Below, piece after piece: positions 17,575 to 29,132 of a DNA stretch of 64,000 nucleotides; the stretch's first letter is position 1; the number at the start of each line of letters is the position of its first letter. Origin of the DNA: Prochlorococcus sp. AG-402-A04 (GTDB lineage: Bacteria; Cyanobacteriota; Cyanobacteriia; PCC-6307; Cyanobiaceae). Made by a program: the position numbers and the translations under genes. The notes beneath the pieces are model-generated. The model was not told the DNA's origin and ran no database searches. It worked only from the letters and a program-made list of their open reading frames with translations. The DNA lies in contig QCHG01000003.1 in assembly GCA_003278045.1 (NCBI GenBank), forward strand, positions 23,029-87,028. Direction: 5' to 3'.

Positions 17575-18705
17575 TCAATTTTCAAAAACTTTATTTTGAA
17601 GAACAACTCCTTCATCGCTTAATAAACATCCAGAAATGAGTTCATCCTCTTTATCTAATTTAATTACACCATCTTTTATAAATGGTGTAATCAAAGATGT
17701 TAAGTTCTTAGCATAAAGTGAACTTGCATCATAAGGAACTGAAGAGGGCAATTCGCCAGCTCCTATAAGTTTTACCCCATCTTTGATAATAGTTTCATTT
17801 GATTTTGATCCTTCGCAGTTCCCTCCCTGAGAAACTGCCAAATCAATAACTACTGCACCAGGCCTCATTTTTTTAATCATGGGAGAATCTATTAAAACAG
17901 GTGCCTTTTTACCTAGAACTTGCGCAGTACATATAGCAACATCAGCTTCAGATAAATATTTAGTTAAAGTTGCCTTCTGTTTTGAGAGGAATTCGGGTGT
18001 TACGGCTTTTGCATAACCTCCTGCCTCTCCAGGCTTTTCCTCAACTTCAGGAAGTTCTATAAATCTTGCTCCGAGGGACTCTACTTGTTCTTTAACAGCA
18101 GGTCTAATATCGGATACAAATACTATTGCTCCGAGTCTTTTTGCTGTCGCGACTGCCTGTAATCCTGCAACGCCTCCACCAAGAACCACTACTTTGGCAG
18201 GTTGGACCGTCCCCGCTGCAGTCATAAGCATTGGAAAATATCTATCTAACTCACTTGCAGCCAAAAGAACTGCTTTATATCCAGCAATATTGGCCTGTGA
18301 AGAAAGAACATCAGAAGATTGAGCTCTACTAATCCTCGGAAGCAACTCAAGTGATAAAGCGGAAATCTTATTACTATTTATAATTCTAAGAAGATCCTTA
18401 TTACCATATGGGTTAAGAAGACCAAGAAGAACAGCTCCTTTTTTTAATTTAGTTAAATTATCCTCTGATGGAGTTTGAACACAAAATATTAAGTCCGCTT
18501 CACCCCAAATTTTTTGATCTAAGTTGTTTATTATTTTTCCGCCCGATTCTTCATATGATAAGTCACTAAATCCTGATAATTTTCCTGCTGAACTTTCAAT
18601 ATAAACATCACATCCAAGGCTTTTTAATTTCTTTACCGCTTCTGGTGTCGCTGAAACTCTCCTTTCACCAGAGCTTGTTTCAGAAGGAATAAGTATCTTT
18701 GTCAA
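17575..18705 (-). CDS. pntA: NAD(P) transhydrogenase subunit alpha, soluble part (alpha-1)
   Basis: ERRVSATP, PRISRAQS, GGGVAGL and DLAVSQGGNC. Confidence 0.96.
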   Translation of the reverse strand: MTKILIPSETSSGERRVSATPEAVKKLKSLGCDVYIESSAGKLSGFSDLSYEESGGKIINNLDQKIWGEADLIFCVQTPSEDNLTKLKKGAVLLGLLNPYGNKDLLRIINSNKISALSLELLPRISRAQSSDVLSSQANIAGYKAVLLAASELDRYFPMLMTAAGTVQPAKVVVLGGGVAGLQAVATAKRLGAIVFVSDIRPAVKEQVESLGARFIELPEVEEKPGEAGGYAKAVTPEFLSKQKATLTKYLSEADVAICTAQVLGKKAPVLIDSPMIKKMRPGAVVIDLAVSQGGNCEGSKSNETIIKDGVKLIGAGELPSSVPYDASSLYAKNLTSLITPFIKDGVIKLDKEDELISGCLLSDEGVVLQNKVFEN

Positions 18706-18831
18706 TTTATTTATTTTTTTAACATACTAAATATAAATTGAAGAAAGTCAAAAGTCTTGGATTTTTGTTAAAAATATATTTTCTTTTCTATAAATAATAG
18801 CTATCTAGAATATATAAGTTCTAATAATCCA

Positions 18832-19410
18832 ATGAGTATAAAAGCAATCGAATGTCCTGATGGAGTGTGCCACAGTCATCATGGTGGTCATGCTGTTCCA
18901 AGGCAAGCTATGCAGAAAAATCTAGAAAAGCATGGTAAAGACTGGTGCGAGAAATTAGCAGAGAGAATTTATGAAATGTCAGTTGATACTTATTCACAGA
19001 CAGTCATGCCCAGCCTCCACTCGGCAGGTTGGCAAAGAAGACATTTAGATTGGGAATTTAAGCTGGCAGAGAATGATTCTGAACCTGATGAAGCTCTTGT
19101 TGAAGGAATCATTAATGCCACAGAAAGCTTTTTAAGGAGTAGTGAGGTTCATCGATTATTTATTCAAGAATTAGTTCAGGGCACATTCGAGGAAGCAAAT
19201 GATAAAAAAATAATTTCTAAAGCAATAAAATCTATCATTGAAGAAGAAATTGTTAGTTCACTAAGAGAAAAGAAGGAATCTCTTTTAAAGAAAATATCCG
19301 CAAAATTAATATCAGAAGAAAAAGTTAGCGAGGAACTTGCAATAAATTCAGCTAAAGAGGGTTTTGAGGAAGTTGAAAGGCTACTTGCAAATCACAGCGA
19401 GGCAGTCTAA
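18832..19410 (+). CDS. conserved picocyanobacterial hypothetical protein with N-terminal Cys/His motif
   Basis: CPDGVCHSHHGGH N-terminus, helical remainder. Confidence 0.8.
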   Translation: MSIKAIECPDGVCHSHHGGHAVPRQAMQKNLEKHGKDWCEKLAERIYEMSVDTYSQTVMPSLHSAGWQRRHLDWEFKLAENDSEPDEALVEGIINATESFLRSSEVHRLFIQELVQGTFEEANDKKIISKAIKSIIEEEIVSSLREKKESLLKKISAKLISEEKVSEELAINSAKEGFEEVERLLANHSEAV

Positions 19411-19564
19411 CTCTATTTCTTTATATTTTCTTTATAATTCGCCCAAAAATTGGCTCAAATATAAATTAAAGATTAAATTATTGTTTGGAAGTACAAAGTT
19501 GTAACTTATTAGACAATACACAGGTTCTCTGATGTGTTTATCTATATACAACTTAAAACCTTCA

Positions 19565-19789
19565 ATGGACAATTTCATTAGAAAAAGAATCGATATAGCG
19601 ACCTGTTGGGCAACCAATAGAATTTCTGCAATGGATACCTTAGAAAGGTATGAAGACAGTTATGCAATCGCCGAAGAATTTAGAGAGTGGATATTACATA
19701 TTGGAGAAAAGAACGAAAATTTAAAAGATTCTGTTTTAAACTTCCCAAAGGAATTAAAAAAGTTATTAGACCAAAAAGTTAACGATTGA
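19565..19789 (+). CDS. small conserved hypothetical protein (track start 19532)
   Basis: MDNFIRKRIDIATCWA...YAIAEEFREWI. Confidence 0.7.
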   Translation: MDNFIRKRIDIATCWATNRISAMDTLERYEDSYAIAEEFREWILHIGEKNENLKDSVLNFPKELKKLLDQKVND

Positions 19790-19868
19790 GTAATAAATCT
19801 ATCGAGTGAAATCCGCCCTACATTATTTGGGTTAGTTTATTATTATAAATAGTGAAATTAGCAAATAA

Positions 19869-21245
19869 ATGGAAAATAAAGAGAAGATTTCAAAAGTAGA
19901 AAATGTTGTAATTATAGGTTCTGGACCTGCAGGTTACACCGCTGCAATATACGCCGCACGAGCAAATCTTCAACCCTTACTTATAACAGGATTTAATTCA
20001 GGTGGAATTCCTGGTGGGCAATTAATGACTACAACATTTGTTGAAAATTATCCAGGTTTCCCAGATGGAGTACTGGGTCCTGAATTGATGGATCTAATGA
20101 AGGCTCAAGCAGAAAGATGGGGCACTAATTTATACGAAAGTGATGTAGTCTCACTTAATACCGATTCACATCCCTTTGAATTAAAAACTTTAGAAGGAAC
20201 CATAAAATCTAACTCAATTATTATTGCAACTGGAGCAAGTGCAAATAGATTAGGCGTAATTAATGAAGATAAATTCTGGAGTAAAGGAATAAGTGCTTGT
20301 GCAATATGTGATGGAGCCACCCCACAATTTAGAGATGAAGAATTAGCTGTTATTGGAGGGGGGGACTCTGCATGTGAAGAAGCAGCATATCTCACAAAGT
20401 ATGGAAGCAAAGTGCATTTGATTGTTCGATCAGAAAAATTAAGGGCTAGCGCAGCAATGGTTGATAGAGTAAAAGCTAATCCAAAGATAGAAATTCATTG
20501 GAATACAAAAGTTGATAAAGCGGATGGTACGGAATGGCTTGAGAGAATAGAAACTATTCACTCTCAAGAAGGTAAAGGGGAAATCAATATAAAAGGTCTT
20601 TTTTACGCGATAGGGCACACACCTAATACGAAATTCTTGGGAAACAAAATTGATTTAGATAATAAAGGCTATATTGCTTGTAAATCAGGAAGGCCAGAAA
20701 CCTCTATTGAAGGCATCTTCGCTGCAGGTGATGTTGTTGATTCTGAGTGGAGACAAGGAGTTACCGCTGCAGGAACTGGATGCATGGCAGCATTAGCTAC
20801 TGAAAGATGGCTAGCCGAGAAAAACTTAGCAAAAACTGTAGTCAGAGAAACACCAGAACCAGAAAAAAAGCTTAATTCATCAGATTTTTATGAAGAAGAA
20901 GTTAATGAAGATACTTTCGATTCAAATTCTGAATGGCAAAAAGGCAGTTATGCATTAAGGAAACTTTATCACGAGAGTAAAAAACCTATCTTAGTAATTT
21001 TTAGTTCCCCTAGCTGCGGTCCATGTCATGTTTTGAAACCTCAGTTAAAAAGGGTAATTAAAGAACTTGATGGTGCAGTTCTTGGTGTCGAAATAGATAT
21101 TGATAAAGATCAAGATATTGCAAAACAAGCAGGTATTAATGGCACACCAACAGTTCAACTTTTTAAAGAAAAATTATTAAAAAAACAATGGCAAGGTGTT
21201 AAACAAAGAAGTGAGTTTAAAGAAGCAATAAAAAATATTATCTAA
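19869..21245 (+). CDS. trxB: thioredoxin-disulfide reductase fused to a C-terminal thioredoxin (NTRC-type)
   Basis: GSGPAG, CAICDG and GGGDSA, plus a C-terminal CGPC thioredoxin domain. Confidence 0.95.
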   Translation: MENKEKISKVENVVIIGSGPAGYTAAIYAARANLQPLLITGFNSGGIPGGQLMTTTFVENYPGFPDGVLGPELMDLMKAQAERWGTNLYESDVVSLNTDSHPFELKTLEGTIKSNSIIIATGASANRLGVINEDKFWSKGISACAICDGATPQFRDEELAVIGGGDSACEEAAYLTKYGSKVHLIVRSEKLRASAAMVDRVKANPKIEIHWNTKVDKADGTEWLERIETIHSQEGKGEINIKGLFYAIGHTPNTKFLGNKIDLDNKGYIACKSGRPETSIEGIFAAGDVVDSEWRQGVTAAGTGCMAALATERWLAEKNLAKTVVRETPEPEKKLNSSDFYEEEVNEDTFDSNSEWQKGSYALRKLYHESKKPILVIFSSPSCGPCHVLKPQLKRVIKELDGAVLGVEIDIDKDQDIAKQAGINGTPTVQLFKEKLLKKQWQGVKQRSEFKEAIKNII

Positions 21246-21254
21246 AGTAACTTT

Positions 21255-21521
21255 TTATTTATTATTTCTCTTGGGATTATTTTTATTAGTAGTAGGTCTA
21301 GCACCGCCTGCATTCCTCTCTCTATAAGTTATTCTCCCTCTAGAAAGATCATAAGGACTTATCTCAACTAACACTTTGTCTCCAGCTAATAATTTAATTC
21401 TAAATTTAGTCAATTTACCTGCAGCTCTGCATAAACATTGATGTCCTTCAGGTTGTTCTAAGGTAACCAAATAAAATCCATTCCCCTGCTCTTTTTCTAT
21501 TACACCTGAAGTTTCAATCAT
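21255..21521 (-). CDS. infA: translation initiation factor IF-1
   Basis: GDKVLVEISPYDLSRGRITYR. Confidence 0.95.
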   Translation of the reverse strand: MIETSGVIEKEQGNGFYLVTLEQPEGHQCLCRAAGKLTKFRIKLLAGDKVLVEISPYDLSRGRITYRERNAGGARPTTNKNNPKRNNK

Positions 21522-21613
21522 TAATTAATTTTTTACTAAGTACATATTATCAGAAAAAGATTGGCCAAAATTGATTTAAAAAAAATTACATACTCAAAAA
21601 TATGCAATTCAAT

Positions 21614-21826
21614 TCAAATTGAAAATTTAATTTCATTAATTATTTGAAGTTGTCCATAGTAAAAATTTGCTTTCGCAATTTTTTCAGAATCTTCTAATTG
21701 ATCAAAAAAAACAAACCCAAGGCTTTCCCATAATGAAGATCCACAAACATTATTCAATTCATTTTTTGCTTCTTTTGCAAAATTATCTAGCTTTCGTTCA
21801 AGGTTTTTAGACTTAGAAACAGACAT
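21614..21826 (-). CDS. hypothetical protein
   Basis: 70-aa ORF collinear with its neighbours. Confidence 0.7.
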   Translation of the reverse strand: MSVSKSKNLERKLDNFAKEAKNELNNVCGSSLWESLGFVFFDQLEDSEKIAKANFYYGQLQIINEIKFSI

Positions 21827-21882
21827 AGGTCAATAATATTTAATATAGTACAAATATACTATCTTATTCTAAAATTGCAATA

Positions 21883-22845
21883 TTAAAAAGGTAATCTCTT
21901 TTTTTCTTCAATATTAAGATCTGCTTCCATTTCCCTTAATCTTTTAAGTATTTGTTGATAGTACTCCTTTATATAACTCTCTAATGAGGTCATATCTTCT
22001 TTTTTAAGTTCCAATATTTCGTAAGTTTTGCTCATGTCAGCATCCAATGATTCACCACTACTAGTTACTTCAGCAAAAGCCAATCGCTCAGCAACATTTA
22101 GAGAATCTTGGAAAAAGGAAACTACTTTTTGAGTGACACTAATAAGGAAGGGGGAAACTCTAAAAATTTTCGCCTTTTTTTCACTAAATTTTTCACATAA
22201 AGATATAACTTCATTTGAATCCCATGCTTTAGGACCTACTAATGGCAATGATGTTCTGTGAGTTTTTGGATTATTTACTGCTGCTACAACAACTTTCGCC
22301 ATATCTTGAGTATTCATATAAGCAATTTTAGTTGGGGTCCCACTCATCCAAACTGCTTGACTATCCAAGATTGGGATTGCGAATTGACCAATAACTCCTT
22401 GCATAAAAGCTGCACATTTGAAGATTGTATAGTCTAAATCAGATTTTTCAAGAAGTTTTTCAGTGCAAAATTTAACGTCCATTAAAGGAACATTTCTAAA
22501 CTTTTCTGTTAGGAGGATAGAAAGGAATATTACCCTTTTAACGTTTAAAGATTCGCAAGCATTGAATAAGTTAAGTTTTCCATCCCAATCAATTTCATAA
22601 ATACTTTTTGGATCATCTGGCCTACTAGTCGCTGCATCAATAACTACTTCAATATCTTGCAATGCATATTCGATATCAGAAGAATTCAATAAATTACCTT
22701 TTGTTAGCTCACAACCCCATTCTTGTAGAAAGGAAGCTTTTCTTGGATTCCTTACAAAGCATCTTACTTCATGTCCCTCTTCTATAGCTTGCTTTGCTAT
22801 TTGTCTACCAAGTGTCCCTGTTGCTCCTACTAAAAGAATCCTCAT
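21883..22845 (-). CDS. ycf39: Ycf39-like NAD(P)H-binding SDR/NmrA protein
   Basis: GATGTLGRQ, FLQEWGCEL, VPLMDVK and ERLAFAEV. Confidence 0.88.
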   Translation of the reverse strand: MRILLVGATGTLGRQIAKQAIEEGHEVRCFVRNPRKASFLQEWGCELTKGNLLNSSDIEYALQDIEVVIDAATSRPDDPKSIYEIDWDGKLNLFNACESLNVKRVIFLSILLTEKFRNVPLMDVKFCTEKLLEKSDLDYTIFKCAAFMQGVIGQFAIPILDSQAVWMSGTPTKIAYMNTQDMAKVVVAAVNNPKTHRTSLPLVGPKAWDSNEVISLCEKFSEKKAKIFRVSPFLISVTQKVVSFFQDSLNVAERLAFAEVTSSGESLDADMSKTYEILELKKEDMTSLESYIKEYYQQILKRLREMEADLNIEEKKRLPF

Positions 22846-22902
22846 ACTTAAGATTTACTTAACTTTAAGACCATAACTCAAATTGTGATGTATCCGTGAG
22901 AA

Positions 22903-23001
22903 TCAGTCTCCCTGAAACTTTAATAACAAAGCACCACCAACTAATCCTATTGGTATCAATATCCAAAAAACTGCTGCAATACTAAAAATTTCTTTAGCCA
23001 T
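22903..23001 (-). CDS. petM: cytochrome b6-f complex subunit PetM
   Basis: [32 protein letters not shown]; missed by the ORF track. Confidence 0.93.
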
Positions 23002-23076
23002 AGTAAAATTGAATGATTACTATAATTTACATTCAATATACATTTATTTGTTAAAAATGTAGATAATTCAAATATC

Positions 23077-24033
23077 TTGAAAATTTTTGAATATATGAAT
23101 AATTTTAAAAAAAATATAAACATTCCTAATTATTGGAATTGGAATGGTTTTAAAATTTGTTGGAGTGTTACAGGCGAAGAAAATGAGATTCCAATTATCT
23201 TTCTCCATGGATTTGGAGCAAGCAGAAAACATTGGAGAAACAATTTAGAGTATTTTGCGAAAAAGAATTTTGCCTCTTATTCTTTGGATTTAATAGGATT
23301 TGGGGATTCAGATCAACCTGGGATTAGACAAATTGGAAAATTAAATAATGAGATTTGGTGTGATCAAGTGAAAGACTTTATTGCACAGGTAATAAGACCA
23401 AAGAATTCTGCGAAAGTTATTCTTATTGGCAATTCCCTTGGATCACTAGTTGCTTTAACATGTGCTGTTTCATTAGAGGATCAGATTGCAACAGTTATTG
23501 CATCGCCTTTGCCAGATCAAATTCAAGACAATAAAAAGTCCACAACAAAAAAATCATCATTTAAGAAATTTCAAGATAGATTCATAACATTATTTTTTTT
23601 GTTTTTCCCTTTGGAGGTTATTTTATTTTTAATAACTAAATTAGGGGTTATTAAACTGGGACTAAATTCTGCCTATTTCAAAAAAGATAATATTGATCGC
23701 GAACTAATAGATTTGGTAACAAAACCAGTTTTAAGGAGAACTTCAGCTAGATCATTAAGAGCAATGTGTATTGGAATGTCTTCTAGAGATGAAAAATTTA
23801 AAGCTTCTCACCTTTTGAGAAAACTTAGCGCCTCAAAAAAAGTTCCTTTTTTATTGATTTGGGGCGAAAAAGATAATTTCATACCTTTGTTTGTTGGTAA
23901 AAAGATTGCAAATTTCCATAGATGGGTAAAATTAAAAATAGTATCCAATTCAGGGCATTGTATCCATGATGAAGACCCTTCAGTATTCAATAGAATTTCT
24001 TATGAATGGATTAGAGATTTACAAACCTTTTAA
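23077..24033 (+). CDS. alpha/beta fold hydrolase
   Basis: HGFGAS, DLIGFG, GNSLG and GHCIHDE. Confidence 0.9.
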   Translation: MKIFEYMNNFKKNINIPNYWNWNGFKICWSVTGEENEIPIIFLHGFGASRKHWRNNLEYFAKKNFASYSLDLIGFGDSDQPGIRQIGKLNNEIWCDQVKDFIAQVIRPKNSAKVILIGNSLGSLVALTCAVSLEDQIATVIASPLPDQIQDNKKSTTKKSSFKKFQDRFITLFFLFFPLEVILFLITKLGVIKLGLNSAYFKKDNIDRELIDLVTKPVLRRTSARSLRAMCIGMSSRDEKFKASHLLRKLSASKKVPFLLIWGEKDNFIPLFVGKKIANFHRWVKLKIVSNSGHCIHDEDPSVFNRISYEWIRDLQTF

Positions 24034-24036
24034 AAT

Positions 24037-24561
24037 ATGAAACATACATTATCAGTTCTTGTAGAAGATGAATCTGGAGCCTTGAGTAGAATCTCAGGTC
24101 TCTTCGCTAGAAGGGGATTCAACATAGATAGCCTTGCAGTAGGTCCTGCAGAATCTAAAGGGATTTCAAGGTTAACAATGGTAGTAGAGGGTGATGATGA
24201 AACTCTTCAACAAATGACTAAGCAACTTAATAAGTTATTTAATGTTCTGGGAGTTGTAGATTTTACTAATCTCGCAGCTGTTGAAAGGGAATTGATGTTA
24301 CTAAAAGTTTCATCGAAAGAAGATACTAGGAGTAATATCCTTGATATAGTACAAATTTTCCGTGCAAAAGTTGTTGATGTATCAGATATGGCCTTAACTC
24401 TCGAGGTAGTTGGAGATCCTGGGAAGTTGGTTGCTCTAGAGAAATTACTCGAGCCATACGGCATTCTTGAAATAGCGAGGACTGGTAAGGTAGCTCTTAA
24501 ACGCTCTTCAGGAGTTAATACAGAAATGTTGAAAATTAATAAATATTCTCTAGAAATTTAA
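24037..24561 (+). CDS. ilvN: acetolactate synthase small subunit
   Basis: ACT domain [20 protein letters not shown] and EIARTG. Confidence 0.97.
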   Translation: MKHTLSVLVEDESGALSRISGLFARRGFNIDSLAVGPAESKGISRLTMVVEGDDETLQQMTKQLNKLFNVLGVVDFTNLAAVERELMLLKVSSKEDTRSNILDIVQIFRAKVVDVSDMALTLEVVGDPGKLVALEKLLEPYGILEIARTGKVALKRSSGVNTEMLKINKYSLEI

Positions 24562-25169
24562 TTAGATATCTGGACTGCCTTGATGTAGTCTTTTTTATTG
24601 ATTTTTTCGAGTACGTCTAATCCTTTAATAATCTTTCCAAAAATCGAATATCTTCCATCTAGTTCTGGAATATTAGTCGTTACAAAAAAAAATTCAGTAG
24701 ATGAAGACTTATTCTTACCGCTTTTAACCATAGCGATTGATCCACTTTCAAAAGTATTAACTAAATTTACTGTTTCACTAGGATTTTTTATTTGATAGTT
24801 ATATCTTGGTTTTAATTCTTCTTTGAATTTTATTTCTAAAGGTATTGTTGGACTTGTCTTATTCAGATTTTGTTTTCGTTCTACAAGAGATTTATTTTCT
24901 GGATTAACGCCGCCATGTATAAACCTTATTTGGGGATAATTTATTATTTTATAAAATTTTTTATTTTCATAAATATTTTTGTCTATGTTTTCCAGAAAAT
25001 TTGATACCGTTACTGGGTTATCTTTACCAAATAATTTTACCTCAAAATCACCTTTTGAAGTTTTAAAATTAACTACTTGATTACTCTGAATACAAGTAAA
25101 TTTAAGTTTTTGACAGTAATAATTTGAATCAATCTTACTTTTATAACTACAAGCTTGAACCAAAAACAA
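24558..25169 (-). CDS. cyclophilin-type peptidylprolyl isomerase
   Basis: TSKGDF, PVTVSNF and LDGRYSIFG. Confidence 0.85.
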   Translation of the reverse strand: MFLVQACSYKSKIDSNYYCQKLKFTCIQSNQVVNFKTSKGDFEVKLFGKDNPVTVSNFLENIDKNIYENKKFYKIINYPQIRFIHGGVNPENKSLVERKQNLNKTSPTIPLEIKFKEELKPRYNYQIKNPSETVNLVNTFESGSIAMVKSGKNKSSSTEFFFVTTNIPELDGRYSIFGKIIKGLDVLEKINKKDYIKAVQISN

Positions 25170-25210
25170 AACCTGTATAAAAGATAATGTTTTTAAAAGA
25201 TATTTTTTTT

Positions 25211-25768
25211 TTATTTTAGGCCCTCCAAATTAACATCTAAAAATTTAGCCAGACGAGCTCCTTCTTCTTCAACCTGAAGCAGTGGTTTAAGTTCACCTGC
25301 TCCGCTTAAAGGGAGAGGTTTTTTTCTACCTTTTAATACTAAAGCAATTCTTCTTCTAGGATTAAATCCCTCACTTATATCCAACTTAACAGATTTAATT
25401 TCATCAAAATTTAATTTAACTTCAACATCTTTAAATAATCCCTTTCTTTTTATTTCTACAGATTTTGAGGATTTATCAAAATAATTACTTCCTGAACCAA
25501 AGTTTATGTAAACCAAATACCACAAGTAAAAATTTAATAAATTAGCTATTACTCCGTATGCTCCCATTATTATTCCTTGAGGTATAAACAACAAAGTTGA
25601 AGGATTTCCTAAAGGTAATAAATCTCTTCCTGTGTAGCTAGATATAGAGGCCAAAAGAAAACCAATACCTCCTATAGTCAACATTCCCCCAATAATATAA
25701 TTTGAAATTTTTCGTGATCCACCAATTTTTTGTTCGATTTTATCGAATGACGTGAGGTCTGAATTCAT
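25211..25768 (-). CDS. ycf4: photosystem I assembly protein Ycf4
   Basis: GSRKISNY, FIPQGIIM and LAKFLDVNLEGL; divergent from psbD. Confidence 0.95.
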   Translation of the reverse strand: MNSDLTSFDKIEQKIGGSRKISNYIIGGMLTIGGIGFLLASISSYTGRDLLPLGNPSTLLFIPQGIIMGAYGVIANLLNFYLWYLVYINFGSGSNYFDKSSKSVEIKRKGLFKDVEVKLNFDEIKSVKLDISEGFNPRRRIALVLKGRKKPLPLSGAGELKPLLQVEEEGARLAKFLDVNLEGLK

Positions 25769-25950
25769 TTTTATCTTTATTTAGAGCCTAATTCAGATAA
25801 TTTAACAAACTAAGGGAGTATTCTTACCTAATTTTTAATAAAAAAGTCAGGAAAGCTTTACAAGGCATTTCAGATATACAAATATTTCCCCACATTACTC
25901 TCAATCTTTGTTACAGTCACTGCGTATCCCGAAGCTAAAAACGATTTCTC

Positions 25951-27027
25951 ATGACGATCGCAGTTGGTAGCGCCCCACAAAGAGGATGGTTTGATATCCT
26001 CGATGATTGGTTGAAGCGCGACCGCTTTGTATTTATTGGTTGGTCCGGACTACTTCTACTTCCTTGTGCATATCTCGCTATAGGTGGTTGGTTCGTCGGA
26101 ACAACATTTGTTACCTCTTGGTACACACATGGAGTTGCAAGCTCATACCTTGAAGGTTGTAACTTTTTAACAGCAGCTGTAAGTACCCCTGGTGATGCCA
26201 TGGGACACAGTCTTCTATTTTTATGGGGTCCTGAAGCCCAAGGTAGCTTCGTAAGATGGCTACAGCTTGGTGGACTTTGGAACTTCGTTGCATTACATGG
26301 AGTATTTGGCCTAATTGGTTTTATGCTTCGTCAGTTTGAAATTGCTGGCCTTGTTGGAATTAGACCATACAACGCTTTAGCATTCTCAGCAGTAATTGCA
26401 GTATTCACAAGTATTTTCCTTATTTATCCTTTAGGACAGCATAGTTGGTTCTTCGCACCTTCATTCGGTGTTGCAGCAATCTTCCGTTACATTCTGTTCA
26501 TTCAAGGTTTTCATAATATTACTTTAAATCCATTTCACATGATGGGTGTTGCTGGAATTCTTGGTGGTGCTCTACTTTGCGCTATCCATGGAGCTACAGT
26601 ACAAAACACTTTGTATGAAGATACAAGTATTTATACAGATGGTAAGGTTCAAAGTTCAACATTTAGAGCTTTTGACCCAACTCAAGAAGAAGAAACTTAT
26701 TCAATGATTACAGCGAATAGATTCTGGAGTCAAATCTTCGGTATTGCTTTCTCAAACAAGCGTTTCTTACATTTCTTGATGCTATTTGTACCTGTTATGG
26801 GTATGTGGACATCTTCAATTGGTATTGTAGGCTTAGCACTAAATTTAAGAGCTTATGACTTCGTAAGCCAAGAAATCCGTGCAGCAGAAGATCCAGAATT
26901 TGAAACTTTCTATACAAAAAATATACTTTTGAACGAAGGTATGCGAGCATGGATGTCTTCTGTGGATCAACCACACGAAAACTTTGTATTCCCTGAGGAG
27001 GTTCTTCCACGTGGAAACGCCCTTTAA
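25951..27027 (+). CDS. psbD: photosystem II D2 protein
   Basis: [16 protein letters not shown] ... [11 protein letters not shown]. Confidence 0.99.
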   Translation: MTIAVGSAPQRGWFDILDDWLKRDRFVFIGWSGLLLLPCAYLAIGGWFVGTTFVTSWYTHGVASSYLEGCNFLTAAVSTPGDAMGHSLLFLWGPEAQGSFVRWLQLGGLWNFVALHGVFGLIGFMLRQFEIAGLVGIRPYNALAFSAVIAVFTSIFLIYPLGQHSWFFAPSFGVAAIFRYILFIQGFHNITLNPFHMMGVAGILGGALLCAIHGATVQNTLYEDTSIYTDGKVQSSTFRAFDPTQEEETYSMITANRFWSQIFGIAFSNKRFLHFLMLFVPVMGMWTSSIGIVGLALNLRAYDFVSQEIRAAEDPEFETFYTKNILLNEGMRAWMSSVDQPHENFVFPEEVLPRGNAL

Positions 27028-28393
27028 TAATTTATTAAGAGCTCCAAACCAAAGTATTGAGGAAACTGGCTATGCCTGGTATGTAGGTAACGCTAGATTA
27101 ATCAATTTATCTGGACGTTTATTAGGAGCTCACATTGCTCACTCGGGACTAATAGTCTTTTGGGCGGGAGCAATGATGCTCTTCGAGGTAAATCATTTTA
27201 CTTTTGATAAACCAATGTGGGAGCAAGGTTTAATCTGTATGCCACACGTTGCAATGTTTGGCTACGGAATAGGCCCAGGTGGTGAAGTTACTGATATCAT
27301 GCCTTTCTTCCAAGCAGGCGTGGTTCATTTGATAGCTTCCGCTGTACTTGGTTTTGGTGGTATTTACCATTCATTAGCAGGTCCAGAAAAACTTGAAGAA
27401 GATTTTCCATTTTTCTCAACAGATTGGAGAGATAAAAATCAAATGACAAATATCCTCGGATATCATTTGATTGTTCTTGGTGTAGGTGCACTAGCATGGT
27501 CAGTAAACTGGTGTTTTATTGGCGGTGCATATGACACATGGGCACCAGGTGGTGGTGAAGTCAGACTTGTAAACCCAACCCTAGATCCAAGAGTTATTCT
27601 TGGTTATCTATTCAGATCTCCATGGGGAGGAGCTGGTTCAATAATCGGTGTTAACTCCATTGAAGATATTGTTGGTGGTCATGTTTACGTGGGTATTACT
27701 GCAATTATTGGAGGAATATTCCATATCTTTACCAAACCTTTCGGATGGGCAAGAAGAGCTTTTATCTGGAATGGTGAAGGATTATTAAGTTACGCTCTAG
27801 GTGGAATTTGTGTAGCAAGTTTTATTGCCTCAACATTCATCTGGTTTAACAACACTGCTTACCCTTCAGAGTTTTATGGCCCAACAAATGCTGAAGCTTC
27901 ACAAGCTCAAAGCTTTACTTTCCTAGTGAGAGATCAAAGAATTGGAGCTAACGTAGGTTCAACAATGGGACCAACAGGACTAGGTAAGTATCTCATGAGA
28001 TCTCCTACTGGTGAAATTATATTTGGTGGTGAAACAATGAGATTTTGGGATTTCAGAGGGCCATGGTTAGAGCCTTTAAGAGGACCTAATGGATTAAGCC
28101 TTGAGAAAATCCAAAATGATATTCAGCCTTGGCAGGTAAGAAGAGCTGCTGAATATATGACTCATGCTCCAAACGCTTCTATCAACTCTGTTGGTGGAAT
28201 CATTACAGAGCCTAATGCTGTTAACTTCGTCAACTTAAGACAATGGTTAGCCGCAGCTCAATTCTTCCTAGGATGGTTTACATTCATTGGTCATCTTTGG
28301 CATGCTGGACGTGCTAGAGCAGCCGCTGCTGGTTTCGAAAAAGGAATCGACAGGAAGAGTGAACCAGCTCTAGAAATGCCTGATTTAGATTAA
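27011..28393 (+). CDS. psbC: photosystem II CP43 protein
   Basis: GTG start overlapping psbD (VETPFN), [10 protein letters not shown] and [11 protein letters not shown]. Confidence 0.98.
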   Translation: METPFNNLLRAPNQSIEETGYAWYVGNARLINLSGRLLGAHIAHSGLIVFWAGAMMLFEVNHFTFDKPMWEQGLICMPHVAMFGYGIGPGGEVTDIMPFFQAGVVHLIASAVLGFGGIYHSLAGPEKLEEDFPFFSTDWRDKNQMTNILGYHLIVLGVGALAWSVNWCFIGGAYDTWAPGGGEVRLVNPTLDPRVILGYLFRSPWGGAGSIIGVNSIEDIVGGHVYVGITAIIGGIFHIFTKPFGWARRAFIWNGEGLLSYALGGICVASFIASTFIWFNNTAYPSEFYGPTNAEASQAQSFTFLVRDQRIGANVGSTMGPTGLGKYLMRSPTGEIIFGGETMRFWDFRGPWLEPLRGPNGLSLEKIQNDIQPWQVRRAAEYMTHAPNASINSVGGIITEPNAVNFVNLRQWLAAAQFFLGWFTFIGHLWHAGRARAAAAGFEKGIDRKSEPALEMPDLD

Positions 28394-28407
28394 TTTCTAT
28401 CTCAACT

Positions 28408-28443
28408 AAAAAAAGCCCTATCTTAGGATAGGGTTTTTTTTTG
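28408..28443. terminator. bidirectional terminator psbC/maf
   Basis: A-run, then GCCCTATC/GATAGGGT stem, then T-run. Confidence 0.88.
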
Positions 28444-28453
28444 CTCAATTTTA

Positions 28454-29065
28454 TTATCTATATAAATTTTCTCTAAGCCATGGCAAACTTAATCCCATTA
28501 CATTACTGAAGCAACCCTCTATTTTTTCTATATATTTGCCACCTATACCTTCCAAGGCAAATCCTCCGGCGCAGTATAAAGGTTCATTTGTATCTACATA
28601 ACTCTTGATTTCCCAATCTTCCAAATTAGAAAAATAAACTTTTGAACTTACTGTTTTTTTTATTATTTCAGTGATTTTAAAAATTTTGATATTTGAATCA
28701 AAATTCCCAACTATCAAAGTATGACCAGTATGTAAAAATCCAAATTCTCCAGACATTTTTTTCCATCTACTAAATGCCTCCTCTTTATTAGATGGTTTTC
28801 CATAAGCTTCTCCTTTAAATTCAAAAATTGAATCGCACCCAAGTATTTCCAAAGGTCCATAATTAAATTCTTCGGGCAATGATATGTTTTGAATATTTTC
28901 AGATAAACTTTTAGCCTTTTGAAAAGATAATTCCAAAGCTAAATTTAATATATTATTTTCTTGAATAGTATTTTCATCAAAGTCACTTGATATTTGGATA
29001 AATTCGATTTGACAATTTTCTAGTAATTTCTTTCTAGATTGAGAAGCAGAGGCTAGAATTAACAC
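28454..29065 (-). CDS. maf: Maf-family nucleoside triphosphate pyrophosphatase
   Basis: [17 protein letters not shown] and NVMGL. Confidence 0.93.
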   Translation of the reverse strand: MLILASASQSRKKLLENCQIEFIQISSDFDENTIQENNILNLALELSFQKAKSLSENIQNISLPEEFNYGPLEILGCDSIFEFKGEAYGKPSNKEEAFSRWKKMSGEFGFLHTGHTLIVGNFDSNIKIFKITEIIKKTVSSKVYFSNLEDWEIKSYVDTNEPLYCAGGFALEGIGGKYIEKIEGCFSNVMGLSLPWLRENLYR

Positions 29066-29132
29066 AAATTTTTTACCAAATTATAATTCAATTTAATAAT
29101 TAATAAAATTTTAAAATTAATATAAATTACTA

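Noticed and set aside
26984-27010. psbC start given by the ORF track
   Set aside because: Cyanobacterial psbC starts at the conserved GTG (27011).
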